From a virus (taxonomy: Duplodnaviria; Caudoviricetes), in the IMG/VR virus record IMGVR_UViG_3300046796_000541, positions 1 to 58,657 of that record: a DNA stretch of 58,657 nucleotides. The stretch is one strand, 5' to 3'. Position 1 is the stretch's first letter; each line of letters begins with the position of its first letter. The notes under the pieces are model-generated. The model made no database searches and was not told the origin of the DNA. It was given only the letters and a program-made list of their open reading frames with translations. The position numbers and the translations under genes were made by a program. Of the stretch, positions 7,796 to 17,705 are shown one piece after another.

Positions 7796-10141
7796 ATGCC
7801 CCTCTACGACGGCAACATGGTCCAGATGCTCACGCCCGACGGGCGCGCGATCACGATGCCGAGCGGGCTCGCGCAGACCTTCCCCGGGCTGCAGCCCTTC
7901 CCGGCGGCGCCCCCGATGCCCGCCGGTGGCCCGCCGGATCAAGCCGGCAGCCTGCCCCCAGCCGCGCCGCAGATCGCGCCACAGGGCCCCCAGGAGGGCC
8001 CCATCACGGACCCCTCGCAGCTCCCGCCGGGGACCGGGGCCCCTTCGGCGCCACAGGGCCCTGTGACGACCCCCGCGGAGGACACCGGGGTGCCGCGCCG
8101 GCCAGCGCCGGAGCCCTCGCCCACGAAGGCCCAGCTGGTCAAGGAGGGCCCCGCGGGGACCCTCGCCGCGCAGAACGCCGCGATCGACAAGCAGCAGACC
8201 GCGATCGACCGTTCCGCGCAGGTCGAGGCCGACGCCGCCACGCAAGAGGGCCACGCGATGGCCCAGCGCGACGCGCAGACCCAGCAGATCCTGATCGAAA
8301 AGGCGAACCAGGCCAAGGCGAACGAGGCCGAGCTCAACGCGCGGATCCAGGCGCGCGACCAGCTCGCCGATCAGATCGCCAAGACGCGGATCGACCGCAG
8401 CGTGGACCATCCGATCTGGGCGCAGATCGGGCTCGTGCTGTCGATGATCGGCACCGCCATGACCCGGCGGCCAGGCGAGGCGTACAGCGACCCGGCGTTC
8501 AACACGCTGCAGCAGCTGCTTGACAAGAAGGTCGCCGGGCAGATGCAGGACCTCGATCAGAAGCGACTGGGGCTCGCCCAGATGAACATCGGCGTGACCG
8601 AGCAGCGACAGCACAACGTCGACCGGCTCACCGAGATCGACGCGCGCAAGGACGCCGCGATCCAGCAGGCCCAGCAGGCGGTGCAGACGATCGCGATGCA
8701 GATGAAGTCCCCGGCGGCGCTCGCGAACGCGCAGCAGCTCAATGCGAAGCTGGACGAGGAGCGGGCGAATCTCCGGGGCCAGGCCGGGCAGCGGTACCAA
8801 GACCAGATGAACGCCGAGGCGACGCGTGCGCAGAGCCTGCAGATGCACCGCGAGTCGCTCGGGATGCAGTACCGCATCCACAGCGAGACGCTGCAGGCGA
8901 CCGAGCGCGAGAAGATGGCCGAGGTCGCGCAGCGTGCGCTCGCCGCTGGCGACAAGGCCACCTCCGAGAAAGCCAAGGCGGTGCAGGAGCGGGCCGTCGG
9001 CGACCCGCGGACCGGCAACGTGCTCCTCGGCCCGGCCGGACAGGCGAAGATGGACCAGGCCGACAAGATCGAGGCGCAGGCGCGCCAGCAGCAGGACCCC
9101 GATGCCGCACAGAAGATGCGCGACTACGCCGGCGCGCTCCGACAGAGCGCCATGCTGAACGACGCCGCGCTCGCACCGACCGCCGAGGCTCAGAAGGAGC
9201 TGACCAAGCAGGTGCGTTCCGCGCAGGACATCACAGACCAGATCGGCGACGTGATCGACAAGCTCCAGGCGGGCCCAGGCGTGCTGAACCGCGAGGCATG
9301 GTCAACGATCACGACCGATCTCGGCATCATCGCCGGCAAGTATCAACAGGCGATGGGCGAGCGCGTCTCGACGAAGGCGTTCGAGCAGACGATGCAGCAC
9401 ATCATCAACTTCGATCCCACCAGCCTGTTCAACCGGGCGGCGAGCAAAGACAAGGCGATCGCGTCACTCCAAACGCTCAAGAATGTGGTGGCCAGCGACG
9501 TCGATACCTCCCTGAAGGCCAACCGCATGCAGACCGCATGGCATCCGCAGACCAAGACCGAGCGGGGGGCCGCGCTCAACATCGACGAGAAGACAGCCGC
9601 GGAGACTGCCGACGATCGGAGCCTGGGTTACCTCAATCTGGGGCGCTACACCGGCGGGCAGGAGCAGGCCAAGGAGGAAGCCTTCAACGAGGCGCAGGCG
9701 CGCCCCGGTGCCGAGGCCGGGCTCTCGCCGAACGCCGCGACCCACATCAAGGCGCTCGCCGCGCGCGCCACCACCGCGGGCGATGCCGAGCACGACCGGA
9801 TCGTGCAGTCGCTCGCGGGTCCGATCAGCGACGGGCTCCGAGAGGGGTCGCGCAACTCGGTGTCGACCGGCATGCTCGAGGTGCTGCGGAACTCCGCGCC
9901 CGCCATCTATGACGACGTCGTGAAGGCGCTGCCTGCCAGCGATCAGAAGGAGATCCGCGCGCGCGATGCGCTGGTCCGCAAGGCGACCCCGGTGCCGAAT
10001 ACGCCGAGCGGGTTCGACCCGGACGCCGCGGCTGCGGCGCAGGCGGAGCGCGATCGGGCTGCTGCCGGCGCATCGGCGCGGTCCGAGCGCGTGCGGGCGG
10101 AGCAGCGCGACAAGTTCGGCGATCTGGGGACCTCGAGGTAG
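7796..10141 (+). CDS. Internal virion / ejection protein (coiled-coil)
   Basis: 781 aa, A/Q-rich helical, one hydrophobic segment; position between other ejection proteins. Confidence 0.7.
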   Translation: MPLYDGNMVQMLTPDGRAITMPSGLAQTFPGLQPFPAAPPMPAGGPPDQAGSLPPAAPQIAPQGPQEGPITDPSQLPPGTGAPSAPQGPVTTPAEDTGVPRRPAPEPSPTKAQLVKEGPAGTLAAQNAAIDKQQTAIDRSAQVEADAATQEGHAMAQRDAQTQQILIEKANQAKANEAELNARIQARDQLADQIAKTRIDRSVDHPIWAQIGLVLSMIGTAMTRRPGEAYSDPAFNTLQQLLDKKVAGQMQDLDQKRLGLAQMNIGVTEQRQHNVDRLTEIDARKDAAIQQAQQAVQTIAMQMKSPAALANAQQLNAKLDEERANLRGQAGQRYQDQMNAEATRAQSLQMHRESLGMQYRIHSETLQATEREKMAEVAQRALAAGDKATSEKAKAVQERAVGDPRTGNVLLGPAGQAKMDQADKIEAQARQQQDPDAAQKMRDYAGALRQSAMLNDAALAPTAEAQKELTKQVRSAQDITDQIGDVIDKLQAGPGVLNREAWSTITTDLGIIAGKYQQAMGERVSTKAFEQTMQHIINFDPTSLFNRAASKDKAIASLQTLKNVVASDVDTSLKANRMQTAWHPQTKTERGAALNIDEKTAAETADDRSLGYLNLGRYTGGQEQAKEEAFNEAQARPGAEAGLSPNAATHIKALAARATTAGDAEHDRIVQSLAGPISDGLREGSRNSVSTGMLEVLRNSAPAIYDDVVKALPASDQKEIRARDALVRKATPVPNTPSGFDPDAAAAAQAERDRAAAGASARSERVRAEQRDKFGDLGTSR

Positions 10142-13100
10142 ATGCCGGCGTTCCGCGGCCCAGATGGGAAGGTGGTCTACGTCCCCGAGGACGAGGCCGA
10201 TCGGTACCGCGCGGGCGGCGACTACCAGGAGGTCGGCCGGGCGGAGGCCGGCGCCGCGCAGAACCGGATCGCGCCCACCGACAACGGCGTCCTGGGGTCG
10301 ATCGGCGCGACGGTCAGCGCTGGGCTGTCGGGGGCGACGCTGGGCGCCTCGGATTGGCTGCTCAAGGGGGTCCTGAACAAGGGGCAGTTCGAGCAGCTCG
10401 CGCAGGACCGCGCGGACAACCCGATCCTGGCTGGGACCGCGCAGGCCGCCGGCATGGTGATCCCTGCGCTGGTCAGCGGCGGCACGGCGACGCCGGCGGG
10501 GGCGCTCGGGCGGCTGGCCGGCGAGGGCATCGAGGCAGGCAGGGCGACCGGCGGCGCGCTGGGCGTCGCACAGCAGCTCGGCGCCGCCGGGGCCGAGGGG
10601 GCGATCGCAAACGCCGGGATCTACATGTCGGACGTGGCGCTGGGCGATCGGAACCTCACCGCCGAGGGCATCAACGGGGCGCTCGGGACTGGGCTGCTGT
10701 TCGGCGCGGCAGGAATCCCGGTCGCGCACGGCATCGAGGCCGGTACGATCGCCGCGCGGCGCATGTTCGCGCGGTACGCCGAGGGTGGCACGCAGGCGGC
10801 GGAAGCTGCGACCGCGGCGTGGACCGAGCAGGCGCAGAAGCATCTGGAGGGCTTCGACCAGGCCGCCGAGCTCGCGAAGGCGAAGCTGGCGGAGACCCAG
10901 ACCGCGCGCGAGGCGGCGAACCTGCAGCGGCTCCGCGCCGGCTCCGAGATGGCGGACGCGCGCGCGTTCACCCCGCCGAGCGAGTTCCCGGGCGGCCCGG
11001 CCGCGCCGGCGTCGCCGGCAGGCGCCGCCACGGAGGCCGCTGGGCCCGCCGCCGCCGCGGCCCCTGAACCACCCGAGGTCGCCATGGCGCGTGCGCTGCG
11101 CGACCGCGCCAAGGGGCTGGGCGGGGAGCCGATCACGCCCGGCGAGCTGCCGCCCGGAGCACCCGGGTTCCGGAGGGACTTCGTCATCCCCGGCGAGCGC
11201 CCGCCGGCGGCGCCCAACGCGCTCGAGCAGCTGGCGCAACAGCCCGGCGTGACCACGCAGGGGCCCGCGACGCTCGCGCGCACGCGCGGGCTGGTTGGGC
11301 CGCCGGTGACCGCGGACGAGGCCGAGCTCGGCGCCCGGCTCGGCGAGTACCAGGCGGCCCGGCGCTCGTTCGACGAGCTGCACGCGCAGGTCGACCCCGA
11401 CCTCGACGCGATCCTCCGCGGCGTCCAGCCGGGCGACGTCCAGCGGATGCCGGTGCCGATCGGCGAGTTCGGCGCCCCCGGCGCGGGCGGGTTCAAGAGC
11501 CAAGGCGAGCTCGCGCGGCTCGCCTCCGGGACCGGGCGCGAAGAGGGCGCGCAGGCGGCGTCGCTCGCGTCGGCGGACGCGACTGGTACTGGCGGCCCGC
11601 GCGCGCTCCGATCCCAGGGCACGCCCCCGGCGCGGTCCCTGGGCGAGGTCGCGTCCGAACAGGCTCCGGTGCCGATCGAGCAGCCTTCGACCGCGGTGGG
11701 GAAGCGACCGGCGGGCGCCATGGAGACCCCCACCGGATTCGATATCCACGGCTCAACGGAGGCCGGTCCGGTATTCGACAAGAACCCGACCGTGCGGAGC
11801 GGCGTCCCCGGGTTCGCCGACTTGGAGCGCGAGACCTACCGCAAGAATGCCTACGTCTTGCGGCCGAGCGAGCTCGATGGTCCCAAGCTGCGCGGCATCA
11901 CGAGCGGCGAGGACATGGTCGCCGACGCGCGCACGGCCAAGGTCCGCGAGGCATGGGGCAAGGGCGAGAGCACCCCGGCGCTGGAGATCGACGTCGACCC
12001 CAAGGGCAACTACTTCGTCGCCGACGGGAATCACCGCCTGCTCGCAGCCGCCGCGGACGGCGATCGCCCGGTTCTGGCCAGGTTTCGACCCGTGGAGGCC
12101 GAGGTCGGGAACATGGACCGGATCGGCGACGACCTCCGGCGCGCGCTCGGGCGTGGTGAGGAATCGACATCGTCGATAGAGACCGCTCATCCGGGGATCG
12201 CGAAGGAGTATTCACCGGACACGGGAACGCGCCTCAATTCCGAGGGAGCGCTTGGATTCAATGGAGATGCCCCGTTGGTAGAATGGGCGCATAAATCTGG
12301 CTTCGCCCCGGAGGGAGCCGGTCCCGTCCATACCACGCCGACTGGGTTCTCGTACAAACCGACCATTACGGATCCGGATAGTGCCCTTAGCAAATACATC
12401 CAGCATCCGAGTGAATTCAATATCGATGCTCGCGCGGGGAGATTGACCGACGACATCAAGCGGCTTGATGCGGAGATCGGTGCGCGTCGCATGCCCGAAA
12501 CGATTACGACGTTCCGCGGTGTGCGATCGGGACCACTGACCGCCGCATCGGAGGGAGAAGTTGTTAATGAGGCAGGGTTCATGTCCTCGAGCCCGACTGA
12601 GCGCCGAGCCAAGAACTTCGCGACAGGGGCCGCGAAGCCTGGGGAAACGACACCGACAATCGTTGAATTCGATATCCCCAAGGGCACCCAAGCCCACTGG
12701 GTGAGCGATTTCGAGGGCGAGATCCTCCTGGGACGCGGTCACAAATTGGAGATCGTCAGTGTAGGATTCAAGGAAATCCGCGGCAAGAACGTCCGCATGG
12801 TCAGGGCGCGGCTCATAGAGCCGTCATCTACCATCCCGGCCACTGACACGCTCACCGGCCAGCTCCGCGGCATGGAGTCGAAGCTCGGAGCCGGCGAGGA
12901 CCTCGTGGCGATGGGCGAGCCCGCACGTGATGCGTATCGCGCCGCGAAGGCCGAGCGGACTTCCGAGGCGGCGGCGCACTTCCGGGGAAAGGCGATCGCG
13001 GCCCGCGAGGCGCGCGCCGGCGCGGTGGCCGCGGGCGAGACCCCCAACCCGTTCCACGAGCCGGCCGCGGGCGGCGCCGGGTCCGAGATGGACCAGTTCT

Positions 13101-14992
13101 TCCGCAACCTGAACACCCCCAAGACCCGCGACGCCTACGTCGCCGCGAACATCGGCCGGGCGATGCGCGAGGAGGGATCGCACGCCGCCGCGCTGGCCAA
13201 GGTCGAACGCGAGTGGGCGGACCACGCGGGCACCGCTACGGCCGCCGCGCCGCCGGCCACATGGCGCGAGTTCCAGGCCTCCAAGATGGCCGAGTACATG
13301 AAGTCGGAAGGCGGGCACGCCGGCGCAATGAAGCGGCTCGGCCAGGAGTGGCGGGCGCGCGGCGAGCACCCGCTGGACGTCAAGCGGCTCGAGATGGCCC
13401 ACGATGCCGCGCTCGAGCGTGCTGCCACCGCGGCGGATCCCGCCGAGCGCGCGGCGGCCGCGCAGGAGGCGCAGGTGATCGAGAAGCAGATCACCCAGGT
13501 TGGCGCTCGCCCCGGGGCCGTCGAGGACATCGCGGCGCTCGCGCCGGCAGTGACCCGGGTGGAGAAGGCCGCCGCGGCGCTCACCGAGGCGCTGGGCGAC
13601 GCCGCGCCGGCCGCCGCGAAGGAGCACGCCGCCGCGTTCCGGGCCGCGGAGGACGAGGCGAGCCGCAAGACGGTCGCGCGCATCGGACAGGCCGCGGACG
13701 ATGCCGCCGCGGGCCGCGCTGCGGCGCAGAGCCGGGATCCGCTCGCTCCGCCGGCGCGCCCGGCCGAGGACCTCCTGCTCGGCCCCAGCCAGAAGCAGCA
13801 GCGGATCGCCGCCGCCCAGAAGTCCCAGCGCGAGGCCGGCGCCGCCTATGCCAAGGCGCGGGTGGCCGAGGCCGAGGCGCAGATCGGCGCCAAGCAGGCC
13901 GCCGGCGCCGCCGCGGACGCGCGCGCCAAGCTCGGCCCGCCGCCGGAGACCGTCGGTGCCGCGCCGCGCGGGCGCGGGATCGGCGGACGAGTGATCGCCG
14001 GAGCGCACGCCGTGGGCTACGCCGCCGAGCTCGGCTCCGACCTCGGGATCCCCGGAGTCCCGCGCCCGCACGACATCCCGGTGATCGGCCCCCTGCTCAG
14101 CGCTTACCTGAAGTACCGGGCGCTCCGGGCCGCGGCCGGGCGGTTCATGGGGCGCGTTCCGGCCACCGCGGAGACCCAGGCGGCGGCGCTCGCCGCGCGC
14201 ACCCGCGACGGCATTGCCCGCGCCGTCGACCGCTCGCTGGGGCTCGTCGAGAGCAACGTGAACACGGTCCGGGCGGCGCTGACCGTCGGTACCCTGAAGG
14301 CCACCGATGCGCTCTCCAAGCGCCTGGTGGACGATGGGGCGCCCGACGCGCCGGCCAAGGCGTCGGTGTCGGAGCAGGCGGCGGTGAGGATGCGCGAGGT
14401 CGCCGCGGTGGCCGCCAACCCGGCGCTGATCCACGACGCGATCCGCGCGCAGGGCCGGGCGCTCACCGACCCGGACCTGATCGACGCGCTGTCCACCCAC
14501 CTGGTGACGATGTTCCAGCGCCTGAGCGAGGTCGCCCCGAAGGGCCCGCCGCCGAACCCGTTCACGGGTAAGACGTGGACGCCGTCGCCCGCCGAGGCGA
14601 TCCGCTTCGGGCAGCAGGTGGCGATCGCGCGGGACCCCCAGGTGGCGTTCCAGATGCTCGAGGCGGGCACGCTCACGCCGACCGGCGCCGACACGCTGCG
14701 GGCCTGCTACCAGCTGCTGTTCCGCGATGGCCAACAGCGGGTCATCCAGCGCGCCACCGATCTCAAGAACCCGCCCGACTACCAGCAGCTCATCCGGCTC
14801 GGCCGGCTGTTCGACCTGCCGCTCCACCCAAGCCAGGATCCGGCGAATGCCGCGGTACTCGCCGAGGCCCACACGCAGGCCGCGAAGCCGGCGCCGGCGG
14901 CCGGCAGCGGCGGGCCCCCGACCCCCTCGACCGCCGGTCCCACGACCCTCAGCAACCTGTACCAGCCATCGGGCGAGCGCGCCCAGAGGTGA
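10142..14992 (+). CDS. Large ejection protein with inserted ParB/Srx-like and ADP-ribosyltransferase domains
   Basis: 1616 aa, Ala/Gly-rich; YFVADGNHRLLAA (~12010-12050); FRG...GFMSSS...EGEILL R-S-E ART motifs (~12510-12730). Confidence 0.8.
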   Translation: MPAFRGPDGKVVYVPEDEADRYRAGGDYQEVGRAEAGAAQNRIAPTDNGVLGSIGATVSAGLSGATLGASDWLLKGVLNKGQFEQLAQDRADNPILAGTAQAAGMVIPALVSGGTATPAGALGRLAGEGIEAGRATGGALGVAQQLGAAGAEGAIANAGIYMSDVALGDRNLTAEGINGALGTGLLFGAAGIPVAHGIEAGTIAARRMFARYAEGGTQAAEAATAAWTEQAQKHLEGFDQAAELAKAKLAETQTAREAANLQRLRAGSEMADARAFTPPSEFPGGPAAPASPAGAATEAAGPAAAAAPEPPEVAMARALRDRAKGLGGEPITPGELPPGAPGFRRDFVIPGERPPAAPNALEQLAQQPGVTTQGPATLARTRGLVGPPVTADEAELGARLGEYQAARRSFDELHAQVDPDLDAILRGVQPGDVQRMPVPIGEFGAPGAGGFKSQGELARLASGTGREEGAQAASLASADATGTGGPRALRSQGTPPARSLGEVASEQAPVPIEQPSTAVGKRPAGAMETPTGFDIHGSTEAGPVFDKNPTVRSGVPGFADLERETYRKNAYVLRPSELDGPKLRGITSGEDMVADARTAKVREAWGKGESTPALEIDVDPKGNYFVADGNHRLLAAAADGDRPVLARFRPVEAEVGNMDRIGDDLRRALGRGEESTSSIETAHPGIAKEYSPDTGTRLNSEGALGFNGDAPLVEWAHKSGFAPEGAGPVHTTPTGFSYKPTITDPDSALSKYIQHPSEFNIDARAGRLTDDIKRLDAEIGARRMPETITTFRGVRSGPLTAASEGEVVNEAGFMSSSPTERRAKNFATGAAKPGETTPTIVEFDIPKGTQAHWVSDFEGEILLGRGHKLEIVSVGFKEIRGKNVRMVRARLIEPSSTIPATDTLTGQLRGMESKLGAGEDLVAMGEPARDAYRAAKAERTSEAAAHFRGKAIAAREARAGAVAAGETPNPFHEPAAGGAGSEMDQFFRNLNTPKTRDAYVAANIGRAMREEGSHAAALAKVEREWADHAGTATAAAPPATWREFQASKMAEYMKSEGGHAGAMKRLGQEWRARGEHPLDVKRLEMAHDAALERAATAADPAERAAAAQEAQVIEKQITQVGARPGAVEDIAALAPAVTRVEKAAAALTEALGDAAPAAAKEHAAAFRAAEDEASRKTVARIGQAADDAAAGRAAAQSRDPLAPPARPAEDLLLGPSQKQQRIAAAQKSQREAGAAYAKARVAEAEAQIGAKQAAGAAADARAKLGPPPETVGAAPRGRGIGGRVIAGAHAVGYAAELGSDLGIPGVPRPHDIPVIGPLLSAYLKYRALRAAAGRFMGRVPATAETQAAALAARTRDGIARAVDRSLGLVESNVNTVRAALTVGTLKATDALSKRLVDDGAPDAPAKASVSEQAAVRMREVAAVAANPALIHDAIRAQGRALTDPDLIDALSTHLVTMFQRLSEVAPKGPPPNPFTGKTWTPSPAEAIRFGQQVAIARDPQVAFQMLEAGTLTPTGADTLRACYQLLFRDGQQRVIQRATDLKNPPDYQQLIRLGRLFDLPLHPSQDPANAAVLAEAHTQAAKPAPAAGSGGPPTPSTAGPTTLSNLYQPSGERAQR

Positions 14993-14995
14993 CCC

Positions 14996-15493
14996 ATGCA
15001 TGGATCTCGACGCTACCTCGTTCCGATCGATACCGCCGACGGCACCTCGCCCGCGGAGGCCGGAGGCCACGGCATCTACACGCTCACCGCGAGCCACACC
15101 TACGTCTACCTGGACCCGACGCTCGACACGCCGTTCACGAGCTTCGACCTGACCGGGTATGACGCCGGGCTTGTGATCACCTCGGCGACGATCCAGGACA
15201 CGAACCACCCAGGATCGGTGACCGCCGGCGGGCCGAACGGTGGCGACGTCCCAGACACGAGCGTGACCGTCGGCGAGTGGAAGAACGAGCGGCCGACCAA
15301 CGGCTACGTGGCGGCGGATGGCGCCGGCTGGAGCGTCGGCAGCGGCGCGACCGCGTGCGTCGTCGCAGCCAGCGGCGCCGGCGTCGGCGGCGCGCTCTGG
15401 CACGTCGCGGAGACCGGCGCGGCGCGGACCCGGCTCAACGTCGTGGTCGGCGGCACCGGCGGCAAGGTCCGCGTATCGGCGGCGGGGAAGTAG
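14996..15493 (+). CDS. Hypothetical beta-rich virion protein
   Basis: SD-like GAGGTGA, tight operon coupling, G/T/V-rich. Confidence 0.65.
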   Translation: MHGSRRYLVPIDTADGTSPAEAGGHGIYTLTASHTYVYLDPTLDTPFTSFDLTGYDAGLVITSATIQDTNHPGSVTAGGPNGGDVPDTSVTVGEWKNERPTNGYVAADGAGWSVGSGATACVVAASGAGVGGALWHVAETGAARTRLNVVVGGTGGKVRVSAAGK

Positions 15494-17053
15494 ATGGGGA
15501 TCGGGCTCCGCATCGGGGCGCGCATGACCTCGACCATCGGCGTGGGCATCGGCGGCGTCGGCAGCTCTCCGGCGACGCTGGTCGCGGGATTCGGCGACAG
15601 CAACAACGAGGGCTTCGTCGCCTCGTTCGGATCGAGCGGCGCTAACGGGCTGGACCCGGCGCTCAACGCCAACACGCCGTACATCACCCGGTACAACTGG
15701 CACGGCGCGGCCGGCGTCGCCGACCCGCCGGTGTTCTTGCCGGCGTTCCCCGGGCCGGGCGATCTGGACATCGGGGGCGTCAGCGCCCGGTTCTCGACCG
15801 ACGGCAAGATGGGTAACGACATGGGCATCGCTCGCGCGCTCGAGACGGCGATCGCCGTGCCGGCCGTGAGCTCTGAAGGCCTGGTCGCGGCGACCCTCGC
15901 TGTGCACTGGTTGCCGTCTACCCCATACCCGTCCAGCGGGCCGAACCTATTCAACTTGTGGGTCACGCGGCAGCACACGCTCGAGGGCATTCTGGGACGT
16001 CGACTCGGCGGCGCGTACGTGGATCTGCTGCCAAACGACACGCTGTCCGCGCCTCAGTCCGCAGCGGCGGGCACCAACCTCACTGCGCTGTTTGCCGCGA
16101 TCCGCGCGGTGTGGCCAGGATTGCCCATCTGCCTTCCGAAGCTCTCCATCAGCAACCTCAACGCGGCCAACCGCGACACAATCCGCGCGCTGGAGGTCAC
16201 GTTCGCGGCGAGCGATCCGCTGTGCGCGTTCGTCGACGTCGACGACCTGCCGCTGATCGATGGCCTCCACTTCCCGCCGAACGGGTACCAGACGCGCGGC
16301 GAGCGCATCGGGTTCGCGTTGCTCCCGCTGATGGGCTACGCGCCAAGGGTGGCAGTCACAACGCCGGCGATGCTCGGATGGGGACCGGGCGCCTGGGCAT
16401 CGACGTCGTTGTCATTCGCGAACCTCAATACCATCAACTCCTACGGAGACGAACGTAACGGCGACCTGCAGATCATGGTGATTGAGACCGGTGTCCTGAG
16501 CGGGTCCGCCATCGGCACGCCGGCCGGCTGGACCGCGGTCGGGACGCTGCAGACCACGGGGAGCGCCGGGATCTTCTGCAACGTGCAGCTGTTCTCGAGG
16601 GCGGTCACGACGGCGATCCTCAACGCTAACGGTGGACACATGCCGGCGACGAGCTACACCGCAGCCGACGACCGCAACGTCGCGAAAATCATCACGGTGC
16701 GAGGGCCGAGCGCGAATCCGACGATCGATGTGGCCACCCCGTTTCTGGCGAACGCTGTCGGCGCCTCGATGAGCGTTCCCGGGATTACCACCGGGTTTGC
16801 CAACGAGCTCGTGATCGTCATCGCGGGCGGCTGGGCCGGCTCCTCGTCGAGGACCCAGGCGATCACGAATGGGACCCTCACGGGATTCGTCCAGCAGCAG
16901 GATGGCGCGTACCCGATGCCGACCACGGACGCCTTCGTCCTGTCGTTCGCGTCGGGCGCCAAGGCCGCCGCCGGCGCCACGGGCACGACCACGGTTACGG
17001 TGACGGGCGGGACGACCATTGGATGGGCCTACACGATCGGAATCAAGCCATGA
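15494..17053 (+). CDS. SGNH-family (sialate/carbohydrate O-acetylesterase-like) domain plus C-terminal beta domain; probable tail spike
   Basis: GFGDSNNEG block I and DGLHF DxxH motif; C-terminal T/G-rich domain. Confidence 0.7.
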   Translation: MGIGLRIGARMTSTIGVGIGGVGSSPATLVAGFGDSNNEGFVASFGSSGANGLDPALNANTPYITRYNWHGAAGVADPPVFLPAFPGPGDLDIGGVSARFSTDGKMGNDMGIARALETAIAVPAVSSEGLVAATLAVHWLPSTPYPSSGPNLFNLWVTRQHTLEGILGRRLGGAYVDLLPNDTLSAPQSAAAGTNLTALFAAIRAVWPGLPICLPKLSISNLNAANRDTIRALEVTFAASDPLCAFVDVDDLPLIDGLHFPPNGYQTRGERIGFALLPLMGYAPRVAVTTPAMLGWGPGAWASTSLSFANLNTINSYGDERNGDLQIMVIETGVLSGSAIGTPAGWTAVGTLQTTGSAGIFCNVQLFSRAVTTAILNANGGHMPATSYTAADDRNVAKIITVRGPSANPTIDVATPFLANAVGASMSVPGITTGFANELVIVIAGGWAGSSSRTQAITNGTLTGFVQQQDGAYPMPTTDAFVLSFASGAKAAAGATGTTTVTVTGGTTIGWAYTIGIKP

Positions 17054-17478
17054 TCGACGACGATGACCAGGACGACCGGACCCCGCGCGAGCAGCGCCCG
17101 CCGACGAACAGCGAGCGGATCGCGTACTTCGTCGACCACCCGCCCGGGACCCCGGTCGCGGACGTCATCGACCAGCGCATCGAGAAGCTCGACGCACGCC
17201 TCGACGCGCAGCAGCTCGACATCGCATCGCTCCTCGCGAGCCGTCGCGCCTGGCGCTGGATCGCGGGGATCACCCTGCCCGTGCTGCTCGTGGCGATGAC
17301 CACGGTGCAGCTCTGGATGATCGACCGGGTCTCGACGAGCGAGCGCGCGGCCGGTCGGTCCGAGGCCACCACCGAATCGATCCAGTTCCGGCTCAACCTG
17401 CTCGAGGGTTACGTCCACGAGCTGCTGCGGCATGCCGGGCTCGACGCGCGCGGCACCGTCGCGGTAGGTGGGCCATGA
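17050..17478 (+). CDS. Single-TM membrane protein, holin-like
   Basis: ATGA overlap with upstream stop; coiled coil then WIAGITLPVLLVAMTTVQLW; start of lysis cluster. Confidence 0.5.
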   Translation: MIDDDDQDDRTPREQRPPTNSERIAYFVDHPPGTPVADVIDQRIEKLDARLDAQQLDIASLLASRRAWRWIAGITLPVLLVAMTTVQLWMIDRVSTSERAAGRSEATTESIQFRLNLLEGYVHELLRHAGLDARGTVAVGGP

Positions 17479-17693
17479 GGATCGCAGTCGCGCTGCTCCT
17501 CCTGCTCGCGGCATGCCCGAGGACGCCTACAAGGGCGCTAGCGCAAGAGGACCCGAGCTTCCAGTGCCAGAGCAGCTCCGAGTGCAACCACAACAGCAAC
17601 GGGTGCACGTACTGTTACCAGGGTGCCTGCAGCTGCTTCCTGCCCGCCGAACCCAAGACGCCACCTGACGCCGGAACCGAACCCACGAAGTGA
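17475..17693 (+). CDS. Small Cys-rich lipoprotein
   Basis: MRIAVALLLLLAA-C lipobox; six further Cys (CQSSSEC...CTYC...CSC). Confidence 0.75.
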   Translation: MRIAVALLLLLAACPRTPTRALAQEDPSFQCQSSSECNHNSNGCTYCYQGACSCFLPAEPKTPPDAGTEPTK

Positions 17694-17705
17694 AAGGACC
17701 GAATC

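Noticed and set aside
3157-15907. Very long antisense and alternative-frame ORFs (e.g. 3157-4929, 9464-11749, 12824-15907; also 50233-53580)
   Set aside because: Arg/Gly/Pro-rich shadows expected in very GC-rich coding DNA; no motifs, unlike the nested HNH.
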